A DNA stretch of 62,102 bases, the filler included, from Ionaspis alba (Eukaryota): NCBI GenBank assembly GCA_964255285.1. It is 12 parts of 12 records of this genome, joined end to end, with 100 filler letters (N's around TTAATTAATTAA, not from the genome) between each part and the next. Parts side by side here need not be neighbours in the genome. Positions count along the whole stretch, not along the records: positions 1 to 5,188 come from CAXUUL010001033.1; positions 5,289 to 10,460 come from CAXUUL010001035.1; positions 10,561 to 15,731 come from CAXUUL010001036.1; 9 more parts are not named here. One strand, given 5' to 3'. Shown piece after piece: positions 1-11,311 of the stretch. Position 1 is the stretch's first letter, and each line of letters begins with the position of its first letter. The position numbers and the translations under genes are program-made. Below the pieces are notes generated by a model. That model had not been told where the DNA came from. It did not search any database and saw only the letters and a list, made by a program, of their open reading frames with translations.

Positions 1-628
1 GAACAGAGATCAACAATGACCTGCCCTGACTGAATTCTATGTACCTAGGCAGTGCATCAGTACTTGTGGAAAACCAGACGGAACAAAATTTGCCTACGGA
101 TCCGCCCTCAATCGGCTTGATCGACGCCATTTCAACCCATGACGAAGGTTGTAAACATCAAAGTCTAAGGTATTGATGTTCAGACGTGAACGAAACGCTA
201 GGGTGACGCGAGCAGCATGCGCTAAGCCTTACAGCTCCTACGGTATAGCACCGGTGGCCGTCAAACCAACCAGAATCGAAATGAAGACTTGACCTGTGCT
301 TTCAGGCTCTCTACAAGAACCTTGTTAGGTCAGAATGATGATATCCCATGGTCCGTTGTGTCAAGAGCATTCAAGCACTGATAACATCCCCCAATTAGCG
401 CCTAATTGTACATTGTGTAACAGTGAAGCAATTTCAAAGAAACAAGACATGCAGTCACAACGCCCGGTCAACGTCCTCCCGAGTTGTCTTCAAGATCAAC
501 AACCGCACCGATTCATACTCATATACGACTGCTATTGCTGGTGCAATCCTCGTTAGCATAAACAGTATAGTTAGGAAGGACTCCTAGAGATACTGACCAT
601 GTAGACGTGCAACTTGGACCATCCAGCA

Positions 629-1468
629 TCAAATCTGCCATCCAGAGGTCTCTGTATATGCTTGAATAAGAAATCCGAGCAAAGCTTGTCGGAACGAGCT
701 CTGCGACTCATCAATCCAGGTAGCCATTGCAGTATCTCCAATGTGATCATTGCTGAGTTCGTGAAATTGGAAAAGGAGCATTGCCGTCCAATCAAAAACT
801 CCAACAAATTTTGTCCTACAATGGATTGCATATTTAGCGGTTTGTTTGGCTAGACTGACAGCGTTACTCTCTAGTAGAGTTCCGCGGCCAGACTCGCTGG
901 CAAACTCGAAAGTGGTATCCAGATCATAGCGTCCTATCCAGGCTGCTGAGAGGTCATCCAGGCTCAGAATGTATGTGTTCTTGATTTCAAGGACAGCCAT
1001 GCAGCGACGTGAGTTGCCGACTAGCAAGCTCCAAGACACATCAGTGCGCGAAGTGCGAGATTGCGTCGCCTCCATATTGCATCTGACCTCCGGATAACCC
1101 AAGTCCTGTAATCTCTGGTTCAAGATCTGGTTGACCGGGTGCAGGAGGTACAATGCTGTGGCCCTTACCACATCTCCCTCCGAGTTGAGATACATTTCTG
1201 CCTCGCAAGCAGGTAGCGACATCTGGTTGATTGGTACGGATGCCTGACACTGCTGCACTAATAATTGTGCATCACGAAGATAACCGCTTTGGTCATGAGC
1301 TCTTAGGGCTTTAGGAGGATCCACTAGGTCGGTAGATGTTCCGTATTGTGGAGCCGCAATTGTGCGATAGTAGTCATTGCCTTTGACGACGAGGCTATTG
1401 GTGTCAATAAAGATTCGAGGCAATCTATTGTTGAAAGAGCCAAGTATTCCTATCTGGATTGCGTTCAT
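629..1468 (-). CDS. Fungal hypothetical protein with a putative PD-(D/E)XK restriction-endonuclease-like fold
   Basis: Intronless 279-aa ORF. Motif order SEGDV (helix Glu), RTD, AVLEIK (ExK), KQTAKY (QxxxY), then hydrophobic strands FVGVFDW-MLLFQF, as in HsdR/REase-like nucleases. Confidence 0.6.
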   Translation of the reverse strand: MNAIQIGILGSFNNRLPRIFIDTNSLVVKGNDYYRTIAAPQYGTSTDLVDPPKALRAHDQSGYLRDAQLLVQQCQASVPINQMSLPACEAEMYLNSEGDVVRATALYLLHPVNQILNQRLQDLGYPEVRCNMEATQSRTSRTDVSWSLLVGNSRRCMAVLEIKNTYILSLDDLSAAWIGRYDLDTTFEFASESGRGTLLESNAVSLAKQTAKYAIHCRTKFVGVFDWTAMLLFQFHELSNDHIGDTAMATWIDESQSSFRQALLGFLIQAYTETSGWQI

Positions 1469-2413
1469 GGTTCAGCACGAGGTATCCGCGCCGGATTACG
1501 GCTCAAAATGTGCGAAATAGTAATATATCGGCAAGAATTGGAGCTGTATTGAAGATTAAGCAACTCTTCCCGCATAGTGTCGGCTGTGTATCTTACCGAT
1601 GAAGGATAACAGTGTAATTGAGTATGAGATGAAGGCGATCGAGTACAGAGAATGTAGACTGATACTTGGAAAGTTGAAAGGGTTTTTTTTAGTCTTATAT
1701 CTTTCTGTCCATGAACATTTTTACATAGTATTAATAGATGGCAGCTTTTCTAGTTCAAACACGCTGAACAGTGCACAGCACTCAACCCCGTCAACTGGGA
1801 TCTGAAACAAGGCGACCCAGTAATAAGTCTCATCGTGGCGGCTAAGGTTTAGCATAGATCATCAGGAAGGTCAATGATTGATTGAATTGATCTCTTTCAT
1901 AGCCGAATGACACTCGAGACAACTACCGCAATAATGATTTTGTATACATTTAGCTTTATCAAAGGATTATATATGTTTTACCCAGATTCTGTATTTTTTC
2001 ATATTATGAAGAGATTTAACCACAAGCTAGACATTATACATCAAATGTCATCGTACGTCTGACCTCGGAACAAATTGAAAAAGGGCGAGACGCTGAGAAA
2101 CGAGCGTTTATTGAAAGCACCAACGAATTTACCGAGCGGCAATCTAGCCAAAACAGGAAGTCGAGGTAGATGAATGGCACAAATCATGCTACGCCGCCCC
2201 CTCGCCCTGGTCAGCGCCAATAAGATGAAATCTAAATCCGGCGGGATGGCGCTAAAAAGCGCGAAAAAAGGGCTTTGAAAGGCGCATGGCCGTTCTTATC
2301 GGGAGACCTTGACTTATCCTTGTACCACGACTTTCGCATCTAGATCTTGTTCCGCGGCTGAGCACTTAGATACACAGAAGACGATCAGTCTAAACCGACA
2401 GTTATAGGGTTCC

Positions 2414-3472
2414 ATGATCATCTCGATATATAGCTCCTTGTATTCCAACTTGAGCAAGCACCATCAAAATATACCCTGCACCACACTTAATATTCAAGTC
2501 ACTCTTCGAGATCAGTCAAGTCATATGGACAAGCCGGCTATCCCCTATTTAGTAGGAGTACAGTTACACATTCGCCGCCATGTCCCTCCGGCTCCACCTC
2601 CTCGATATCGCCGATATGGCAATCCCGACGAACTCAACGAGCTTAAAAGATATGGTCAATTGCAATTTTGCCTTTCTTACCCACAGCTTGAAGGGCAGGT
2701 CCTAAGCAATGAGAGCTATGTGATCACGATTGTAGAGAAACTGGTTGTTGGCGATGGTCATGGTGCTCAGCTGGTCGTCGTCGATGATAACATGGTAGCC
2801 AAGATCTATGATCCTCTCTACTACCCCAATCCTACTTTCGATCCAGACAGCATTGGCCACCCAACACGGACGGCAGATCACGAATATACCCGCGAAGCTG
2901 CAGTCTACAACACCATCAATGATTCTCTTGGGGGAAAGGAAGTCCCTAGATTCTACGGTTCGTTCACGACAGAGATAATGATCGCTCCGGATAGGTGTCG
3001 GGCTGTACGTTTGATACTAATGGAACATATATCCGGGCTGTGCATGCTCAAAATACCAGAACCCTTACAGACGTTTTCACAGAGAGATCGAGCAGAGATC
3101 ATATCTCAAATGATTGATGCAGACTCGGCTCTCTATCGTCTTTGTATACAGCACAATGATAGGCATCCACGAAATGTTATGATATGCGGCACACCCGGCG
3201 AACAGAACCTGCGAGTGGTGATCATCGACTTCGGGCAGTCAGAAATCCTTACCCTAAAGCAGCGCAATGCTGCATATCGCAGACTGGATGCTCATGGTCG
3301 AACGATCTCTCCCATTCTGCGTTGGCGAGGAGCCAGACGCCTACATCATCCATTTAGAGATTGTGGATGGATCGATTGGGAATGGGATTCATGGGTCCAG
3401 GAGCGCTGGAAAGATTCGCCGAATTATTCCGACATAACTCCAGAGATGGAGAACTTTTGGTATATGGATTAG
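2414..3472 (+). CDS. Fungal protein kinase-like protein (likely start at ATG 2525, MDKPAIPY)
   Basis: Gly-loop GDGHGAQL, VAKIYDP lysine, alphaC REAAVY, catalytic loop HNDRHPRNV and IIDFG are all intact. Confidence 0.8.
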   Translation: MIISIYSSLYSNLSKHHQNIPCTTLNIQVTLRDQSSHMDKPAIPYLVGVQLHIRRHVPPAPPPRYRRYGNPDELNELKRYGQLQFCLSYPQLEGQVLSNESYVITIVEKLVVGDGHGAQLVVVDDNMVAKIYDPLYYPNPTFDPDSIGHPTRTADHEYTREAAVYNTINDSLGGKEVPRFYGSFTTEIMIAPDRCRAVRLILMEHISGLCMLKIPEPLQTFSQRDRAEIISQMIDADSALYRLCIQHNDRHPRNVMICGTPGEQNLRVVIIDFGQSEILTLKQRNAAYRRLDAHGRTISPILRWRGARRLHHPFRDCGWIDWEWDSWVQERWKDSPNYSDITPEMENFWYMD

Positions 3473-4080
3473 AAGTTGGTTCTTGGACTTTGTGGCTTCT
3501 CTGCGGGCCTGCAGCAATTGGGCATTTGTAACACATTACATTAGCCTCCTCTTTGTTGTCGTACCGGCAATGCTCCGAACTCCCTAACGCTTTACTGTCA
3601 AGGCATTGCTGGGCACTACACCGGTGTGCCTTATTTGCCTTCAAATACTACAAGCTAGAACCATCGTCTGTGTTATTTTGCATGTTCTCTCTGATCTCTC
3701 TTTGCCGAGTTCACCGAGGCCCGGAAGATGCACTTTTGATAGCTTGCCTTGACAAAATCCTACGAGAATATAGCCGCCGCTACCGGCAAGTCATGTTTCA
3801 TAATATTCCAGCGTTCAACGTCTGCCGCGCGGTAGTCCTCATACACGGAGCCTCTCGCGCCCTCCCACATGAGAGTACCTGCTTCATGGCAGTTTCAAAT
3901 TATATTTGTAGCTGCGACAAAGATAGGTCAACTCACACCCTTATTCCAGTGCTATGCCAGAGTGCTTAAAGAGATCTAAGTACCATGGTTGAACGTTAGG
4001 ATGCGACCACGGAGCATCAAATCTTGATATTATACCCAAATCTCAGAAGTCGAGGACTATCGTCAGTTTTAAAACTCAAG

Positions 4081-5015
4081 ATGAGTATGCTTTGACCAGA
4101 TCTTACAGAATTATGCGGAGGCTGATAACTTTTCTTTAGGGAATCCCAATGTTCGTTTTGCTGTCTATATGCTGGCTGTGCCTGTCATTTTATTTCAAGG
4201 TATCGAGTTTTGAAATTGCCTTGAGCTGTTCTGGGACTAAAAGCCTGTAGCTCTAGCCCTTACGGGTTGCGTTTCCAATTCTCCTGCACTCTCAAGTATT
4301 TTTCTTGTCAGTCTTTATCACAGCCAGGTTGACTTTGCTGTTCGAGTTGGCTATTTCGGTAAACCAAACTCGGAACAAATCTTCAGAAAACCCACTTACA
4401 CAATGTGTTGTAGGAATATGTGCTGGACCTCTCTCGCATTTGGATTGCCACGCTAGTGCGGGAGCGACAGTGGAAGATCTTGCCAAGTTGTTTCTGGTGA
4501 ACGAGCAGTCTTTGATTCCTCTGCTCAATCTTGCAATCGTCTTACAAACCAGGATCTTTTTGTGGCTACTTGCCGCAGCCGGTGTACTCTTCATCCTTGG
4601 CCTTGCCTTCCTTACCCTATTGAAATTGAAGCTGAAGTCTCAGAGAAATAACCCCAGTACCCCTCGAACCCGACTCGTCCTCCAACGAATCACTATCTTT
4701 ACCTTTTGGACATCAACTGCAGTAATGCTGGGGACCGCCCTCAGTATTACACAAACGGCTTCCGCTATGCAGTTTGCTACAAGTTCGCCGAGCAGTGAAG
4801 TGCATATCACGAGCGGTATTACTCTTCAAGGGCTTCAATGGACTATCTTTGTGCTGCAATTTTTCTTCTCTCTCGGGATTTTCTTTGCAGTCGATCAATC
4901 GCCTGGAAGAGGTCCTGTATCTGGAGGAGTGTTCAAGACAGTAGGGCCATCTAGATCTGGCGTTCCCGAGCGGGGTGGTGGTGGTGGACCATTCGCAATA
5001 CCGGGGAACTTTTGA
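4081..5015 (+). CDS. Fig1/Sur7-PalI (claudin-like) membrane protein, 4 exons
   Basis: Spliced model 4081-4084, 4140-4199, 4251-4358, 4414-5015 with GT-AG introns. It reads MRNPNVRFAVYMLAVPVILFQALALTGCVS...VRVGYFGICAG, giving the GYFGxC motif and further TM helices. Confidence 0.75.
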
Positions 5016-5188
5016 TCAAACATCCCGCTTCGAGCTTGTAATTCAAGGATTGGCCTTGGAAGGGAGCCTCATACACCGAAGTTTTATTTGCAATTCAAGA
5101 ATGGATTTGGACTAAGCATACTGGAGTATGGGGTGTTGGGCTGGAGCCATTTCGCAATTTTAATATGATTCTGTAGCTAGCATTATTT

Positions 5189-5288
5189 NNNNNNNNNNNN
5201 NNNNNNNNNNNNNNNNNNNNNNNNNNNNNNNNTTAATTAATTAANNNNNNNNNNNNNNNNNNNNNNNNNNNNNNNNNNNNNNNNNNNN
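5189..5288. other. Artificial scaffold linker 44N-TTAATTAATTAA-44N (first of 11)
   Basis: The same 100-bp linker occurs at 5189, 10461, 15732, 20940, 26137, 31301, 36461, 41620, 46751, 51876 and 56992. TTAATTAATTAA has stops in all six frames. Confidence 0.97.
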
Positions 5289-5431
5289 CGTCGTCCTATT
5301 TCATATTCAATAGAGCTACACCAATGCCCAACAAACTTCCTTTTCACAGTCCCATCTCAGCTCACCCACTACAGTGATATACTTTTTCCCCTCCCTCCAC
5401 CCCTCCTTTACCCCATCTTCAACCACCTCCC

Positions 5432-6985
5432 CTACTTCTCCTTATTCCCCGGCTGGCCCCCGGCCCTCTGCCCATAAGCCTTAGTAGCATAATCCCCGTT
5501 ATGAACAATCAAGTCTTCCGGACGATAATCATGCTTCCCGGAGAAATAGCTCTCCAAAATCGCCTTCGTGCCCATCGCATACCTCTTCTGGGCATCCAGA
5601 CTCGTGCCGGACATATGCGGCACCATTGCGTTTCCACCTCCGAAGGGATTCTTGGCTTGGCGGAGCGGGTGGTCCTTGGGTGCGGGTTGCGGGAACCAGA
5701 CGTCGCCGCCGTAGCCGCGCAGGTGGCCTGATTTGAGGGCTTCGGCGACGTCTTCTTTAACGACGATGGCACCGCGGGCGGTGTTGACGAGCCAGGAGCC
5801 TGGGAGTATCATACGTCAACAGAATTCTGAGCGGTTGGGGGGAGGGGTGTACTGCGGGATACTTACCGGGCTTCATCTTGGCGATGAGGTCTTTGTTGAA
5901 GAGACCCTTGGTCTTTTCATGCAACGGGCAGTTGATAGTAACGACATCGCATTGTCCCAACATCTCCTCCAGGGTATCCACACGTCTGCAGCCAATCTCC
6001 TTCTCGATCTCCGGTTTCAAGGGTTGGTAGTCGAAATACAACAACTCCTTGCAATCAAACGGCTTCAACCGCCTCAGTACTCTCTCACCAATTCTGCCAA
6101 CCGCCACAGTTCCGACAACCTTGCCCTCAAGATCATACTCGTTCTTGGCGACGCCTGCAACGTCCCATTCTCCGGCCTGAATCTGCTCGTGGGCAGGCAC
6201 GAAGTTGCGGACGAGAACGAGCATGGTCATAATGACGTGTTCGGCAACAGAGACGACATTAGAGCCTGTCACTTCGGCGACGGTGATACCGCCGTTGGTT
6301 TTGTTGGCGGCGTTCAGGTCGACGTGGTCGGAGCCAATGCCGGCGGTGACGGCGAGTTTGAGTTTTTTGGCTTTAGCGAGCCGTTCGGCGGTTAGGTAGC
6401 CGGGGTGGAAACTATGGTGTGGTTGTTAGTAGAGTCAATGGGTTGTTGTTTTGTGGGGTCGATGGTTCTGGGATGGATTTGGAAATAGAAAAGGGATTGT
6501 TACTTACGGTGTGGTGATGATAACCTCAGCATCGACCAATTCTTGATCAAACTTTGAGTTTTCCCCATCCTTATCAGAGGTCGTCACCAAAGTATGGCCC
6601 TGATCCTCGAGCCATTTTCGGATCCCGAGTTCGTTCTCGGTTGTGCCTAGGAGCTCAGGCACATCCGAGGCGTGCTGCTTGCCATCGTAGAGAACGAGGA
6701 GGACTTTCGACTAGAAGCACACGACGAAGAAACTGGTTAGCTGATGGTCTGATAGTAGACTTGATCGAGTCAATTGAGGTGATAGGAAGAGTGAGGTGAT
6801 GAGTGCTGTGTTGGAAATTATGGGAAATGATGGTGGTGAACCTGAAGGGATGACGTCGCGGACAACGTGCGAGTACCGCGGGGAGCGAAATGGCGGGGTA
6901 AAGCAGAGGAGAGCGGTTTTTTGGAGAAGAGAAGGGAGGAAGAAGTGGGACGAAAAAAACGGGTAAGAGAGCGAATGAATACCAT
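5432..6985 (-). CDS. FDH1: NAD-dependent formate dehydrogenase
   Basis: Exons 6985-6842 (or ATG only), 6710-6508, 6411-5867, 5799-5432. Motifs [67 protein letters not shown]. Confidence 0.96.
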
Positions 6986-7500
6986 TTTGTTGTGCAATTT
7001 CGATACAAGGTATTCTTGATTGTTGCTGTTCTTGGTCGTAGATAGGATCAATTGGTTTTGTTTGGTGGGGGAGGTGTTTTAGTTGTGGTTGTTCGAGGAG
7101 GAGACGTGTTATTGTAGGCGGGGAGTCCGGCTCGTTTTGTTCTCGTTGAGGGGTATCTTTGTACCTTGAAAACCTGGTCAATGGGGAGGAAATTGACTGG
7201 ACGACGTAATTCCCAGACGTGAGGATAAGCTGTGCCATCATCTTCCGGGTATGTGGGAGAAGTGGAAGGCACGGGGGATCCACTTACTTTGCTAGAGAAG
7301 GGATGATTTGCGTTATTCTCCGGCTGTGACGTGAGTGGTGATGGTGTGGGGGGAAAGTATTAGGAAGTCACTACTATGAGAAGTATCTTCTTTTGCTCTG
7401 GAATGCTGCAACAGGAGGAACAGGATATGGTGATAGATGGCTTCAATCCCGCACTTGTATACCCCATTCACATCAACCACCTGACCATCTTCCATCTTGG

Positions 7501-10460
7501 TTAACATCTCCACCATNNNNNNNNNNNNNNNNNNNNNNNNNNNNNNNNNNNNNNNNNNNNNNNNNNNNNNNNNNNNNNNNNNNNNNNNNNNNNNNNNNNN
7601 NNNNNNNNNNNNNNNNTCCTCGCCTCGCTCTCCAACACAGGCGCACCCTCCATACTCTCCCTACCCAGCGTACCCGTCATAGCCGAATTCTGCCCCAAGA
7701 CAATCAAATCCCCAGCACCATGTGCATCATGACCGATCTCCGCCCTCGCCATGGCCAGCACATCCTTGAGCGGGCTTGCGTTCGGTACGCTCCTAAAGAC
7801 GACGCGGGAGGCGAGAGCGTCGGGAAGGGAGTCCCGCAGGGAAGAGAAGAAAGCTGTGTAGTGGCCTGAGGACGGAACAGGGAGGACGGTCGCGGTAGCG
7901 GTCGCAGGCGACTTCGTCGCATCGCGGGGAGTATTTGGAGCCTTGGCCTCCGAAGTGACGGCCTTTTCGATCTCGCCGCCCAGAGAGTCGGGAAGTTCGT
8001 AGTGGACGATGGTGGCCGTGACCGAGGGGTCTTTCGCGAGCTGGAGGACGAAGCGCAACGCGGCTTTGTCGTCTTCGCTGCCGAAGTAAGGGAGAAAGAT
8101 GTGGTGGCCGTGGTGGATGGGGATGGTGGGGATAATGCGCATATCGCGGGCGCTGAGGGAGCTGACGGTCCGGGTGAGAGCGAGACGGGGTTCCTTGCGG
8201 CGACGCTTGCTGCCGAAGCCGTTGTCGATGAAGATGGCGGTGTTGCAAGTCGCCTGGCGGAGTGCTGCGTTGACGAACTCGGCAAATGGGCCATTGGCGA
8301 AACGGCCTGCAGGCCCGGGGACGCCATCGAGTTCGTATTCGCTCATGTAGCCGGTTTCGCTCCAGGGGAGGAGCATGAGGTCGGCGGAGACATCGGAGGC
8401 TTTGTCGGCTAGGGTCGAGCCGTAGGAGGTTTCCGGGACGACGATGACGGCGCCGGAGACGGGGAGATGCCGGACTTGGCCGAACGTGCGGAAAGTGTTG
8501 ACGACAGGGTCGCGGAGGGAGTATTCGTCTAGCTCGGAGACTTTCATGACGGAGGAGTCACGGTCTGTTAGTTCGGCGAGGCGGATGCCGTGGATTTGGA
8601 GGGAGCGTTTGGGGTAGGTTTCTGTGGTGTCGAGTTCGTCTTCTTCGGCTCGTTTTGAAGGGTGGATTTTGGCGGCGCCTGTGGAGGATGTGGGTTTCGC
8701 GAGGAGAGAAACAAATGCCAGGACTCCAGGCATGCTGTCGAGTCTGAGATAGGCAACAATTCTGTTGACTTCAGAAGCGTCTGCTTTGGACATGGACTCG
8801 GCGTCTCCTTCGGTTGAGCTCTCGTCGGCTGTCAGTCGATTGCCGTCCCAGTCGATTTCTCCACGTTTCCATGCTTCTAATTTGATTTGATACCAACGAG
8901 GGTACAGTGCAGATACCAATGGTGTTGTAGCAAAAGTGGTCACAAGAGCCATGACCACGAAGATGGTGAAAGTTCGGGATGTCAGAATCTTAGCTTGTAA
9001 TCCAATGTTCTGGAAGAATGTTAGCACTTTCTGTAGTCTAGACATATCTCTGAGGCATGTCTCGTAGCCTGTTGTATTCACTTACCAAGACAATCAACTC
9101 CACCAAACCCTTACAACTCATCAAAGCTCCAATAGTGAAACTCTCTCGCCAAACCAACCCATTGAATCTCGCAGCAATAGTGCCTCCCATGATCTTAGCA
9201 CAGAACGCCACACTGATGACCCCAATCACATATCCCCAAGTAATGCCATTATCCAAGAGTCCCAAATTGGTGCTCAATCCTGATAGTGCAAAGTAGAGCG
9301 GCAAGAACAGCACGCTGACCAAATCTTCCACCTTCTCCGTAACCTTGATAGCAAAACCACCCTCATGAGGGCAAATGAGTCCGATCATAAATCCACCAAA
9401 GATCGGATGCACGCCAATAATACCTGTGAAGAACGCAGACGCCAGAACCATGAGCATCGTCAAAGCGACCACACCTTGCGAAGGCCCATTCTGAAGACTG
9501 CCCGTTCTGCGTAGGACCCATAGAAAGCCAGGTCGGACAGCAAAGATCAAGAAGAGCGTATATCCAAGGGCAACAAGCAGGACATAAAGAGCCGATAATC
9601 CACTCCCAGCATTGACAAGCGCCACGCAAAGAGCGAGCAGGATCCAACCGACAACATCATTACCCACTCCAGCAGAGAGAACAATGACACCAACCGGAGT
9701 AGCCAGGAGTTTTAATTCCGTCAGAATACGGCAAAGAACGGGAAATGCCTGCACTCATGAGCCCTCACCTCCCTTTCCCTTCATATAGCCCCATCTCAAA
9801 ACTCACCGTAATAGCCATCGCAACCCCAATAAACAAAATATAAACCCCCAACCCAATCGGCGTCGTCCCCGGCTCACTCCGAAACTGATTATACAACCCA
9901 TACGCAATCGCCGCCCCCAGGCCAAACGGCAATATCATACCCAGCGCGCCCACACTGAGCGCAATACGCCAATTGCTGACCAGAAACCTTAGATCCACCT
10001 CCAGCCCGACCAGGAACAAGAAGAGCACGAGTCCGATGTTGGCAACGAGAGTGAGTGTGGGCATGGACGCAGCGGGGAAAATGGCGGCCGTGAAACCGGG
10101 GATGCGGCCCATGATTGAAGGGCCGAGGATGATGCCGCCGATGACTTCGGCAATGACGCGGGGTTGGCGCAATTTGGAGAGGGGGTAGTGGAGGAGGCGG
10201 CAGAAGATGATGATTATGGCAGCCTGGGTGGTGGTGGAGGGGTGGTTAGCTGGGTGGGTTTTCAACGGTGGGGAGAAGGCGGAGACTGGGGGAAGGAAAG
10301 AGAGGGTTACCTGGATGATGAAAATTGTGATGGGGTCTTTGGGGTTGTATTCGGAGGGGTTTGCGCCTTCGAGGATTCCGCCTTGGTGGGGAGCGCGGAC
10401 TGTGCTGGAGGGGGTGGCGGAGGTGAGGGTCGCGGTGATCACTTTCGTGACCGTTGTTGC
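7501..10460 (-). CDS. KHA1: CPA2 cation/H+ antiporter, KHA1-like (5' end at linker, internal N gap 7517-7616, 3' end uncertain)
   Basis: Three ORF pieces joined by introns: QPRVIAEVIGGIILGPS, LFLFLVGLE, ITAFPVLCRIL, GVGNDVVGW, FLPLYFALSGL, MSCKGLVELIVLNIG, then a soluble C-terminal region. Confidence 0.92.
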
Positions 10461-10560
10461 NNNNNNNNNNNNNNNNNNNNNNNNNNNNNNNNNNNNNNNN
10501 NNNNTTAATTAATTAANNNNNNNNNNNNNNNNNNNNNNNNNNNNNNNNNNNNNNNNNNNN

Positions 10561-11247
10561 CCATTCAAGGATTTGCTGAAACTGCGACTCGTGAGCCGCG
10601 CTTTCTCCACTGAAGTGGACAGAGTATTTTTCGGGACTTGTGAGCTGTCGATCAAGTTCGAGGTCGCTTTTGTGGCGTTTCTGGAGAGATTGCGGAGTGG
10701 TGAAAATTATGCCCCGGAGGAGCTGTGGGCGGCAGAGCAGAAGCAGCCGGCTGAGGAGACAAGGTTGTTGGCCTGGCTGACGAGGTTCCGGCATCTGAAG
10801 TTCATTCTGCAAAAAGCCCGGGTGGAGGATTTGCCGAAACTCGGGGTGATCGTTGAGGCTGCCTGCCCTGTGGCTGGTAAGCAGGTAGCGCCGGCGATTG
10901 AGCTTGTGGTTTGTGGGTTTACGGAATACTTCGTGTACGGTCCCTCGGCTGCCTTTGGTAATATTGGGGATGGGACATTGCCGTCGGTGTTTGAGGCTGA
11001 GCATGGCATTTTTAGGGATGTTAGCGAAAGGGCTATGAGCTTGTGGTCGAGTAGATGGTCTTCGAGCTTGCGGTGGAGTTCAGAGGAGATGGTATTCTAT
11101 AAAATTGACTGGGAGGCTGCGCTTGTGATGATGGGAGGGGGCCAATTGAGGGTGAAAGGGTGCTGGATACACTCTGCGACTGCCTCTGGCATGCAATTGC
11201 TGCATGGAGATAAATACGATAAGATGGTGGAGAGAGCAGTTGAGTAG
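10561..11247 (+). CDS. Partial hypothetical protein with an F-box-like N-terminal signature (5' truncated)
   Basis: Open from the scaffold start. PFKDLLKLRLVSRAF resembles the distal half of a fungal F-box. Confidence 0.5.
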   Translation, partial: PFKDLLKLRLVSRAFSTEVDRVFFGTCELSIKFEVAFVAFLERLRSGENYAPEELWAAEQKQPAEETRLLAWLTRFRHLKFILQKARVEDLPKLGVIVEAACPVAGKQVAPAIELVVCGFTEYFVYGPSAAFGNIGDGTLPSVFEAEHGIFRDVSERAMSLWSSRWSSSLRWSSEEMVFYKIDWEAALVMMGGGQLRVKGCWIHSATASGMQLLHGDKYDKMVERAVE

Positions 11248-11311
11248 GGGCAAAAGCTAACCCAAACATCCTAGAAACAATTGTCTACGTTGCTTAGATT
11301 TCAGCGCTTCC

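Noticed and set aside
5501..6395. Long + strand ORFs opposite FDH (also opposite KHA1, mndB and SEC31)
   Set aside because: Antisense shadows produced by the codon bias of the real genes.
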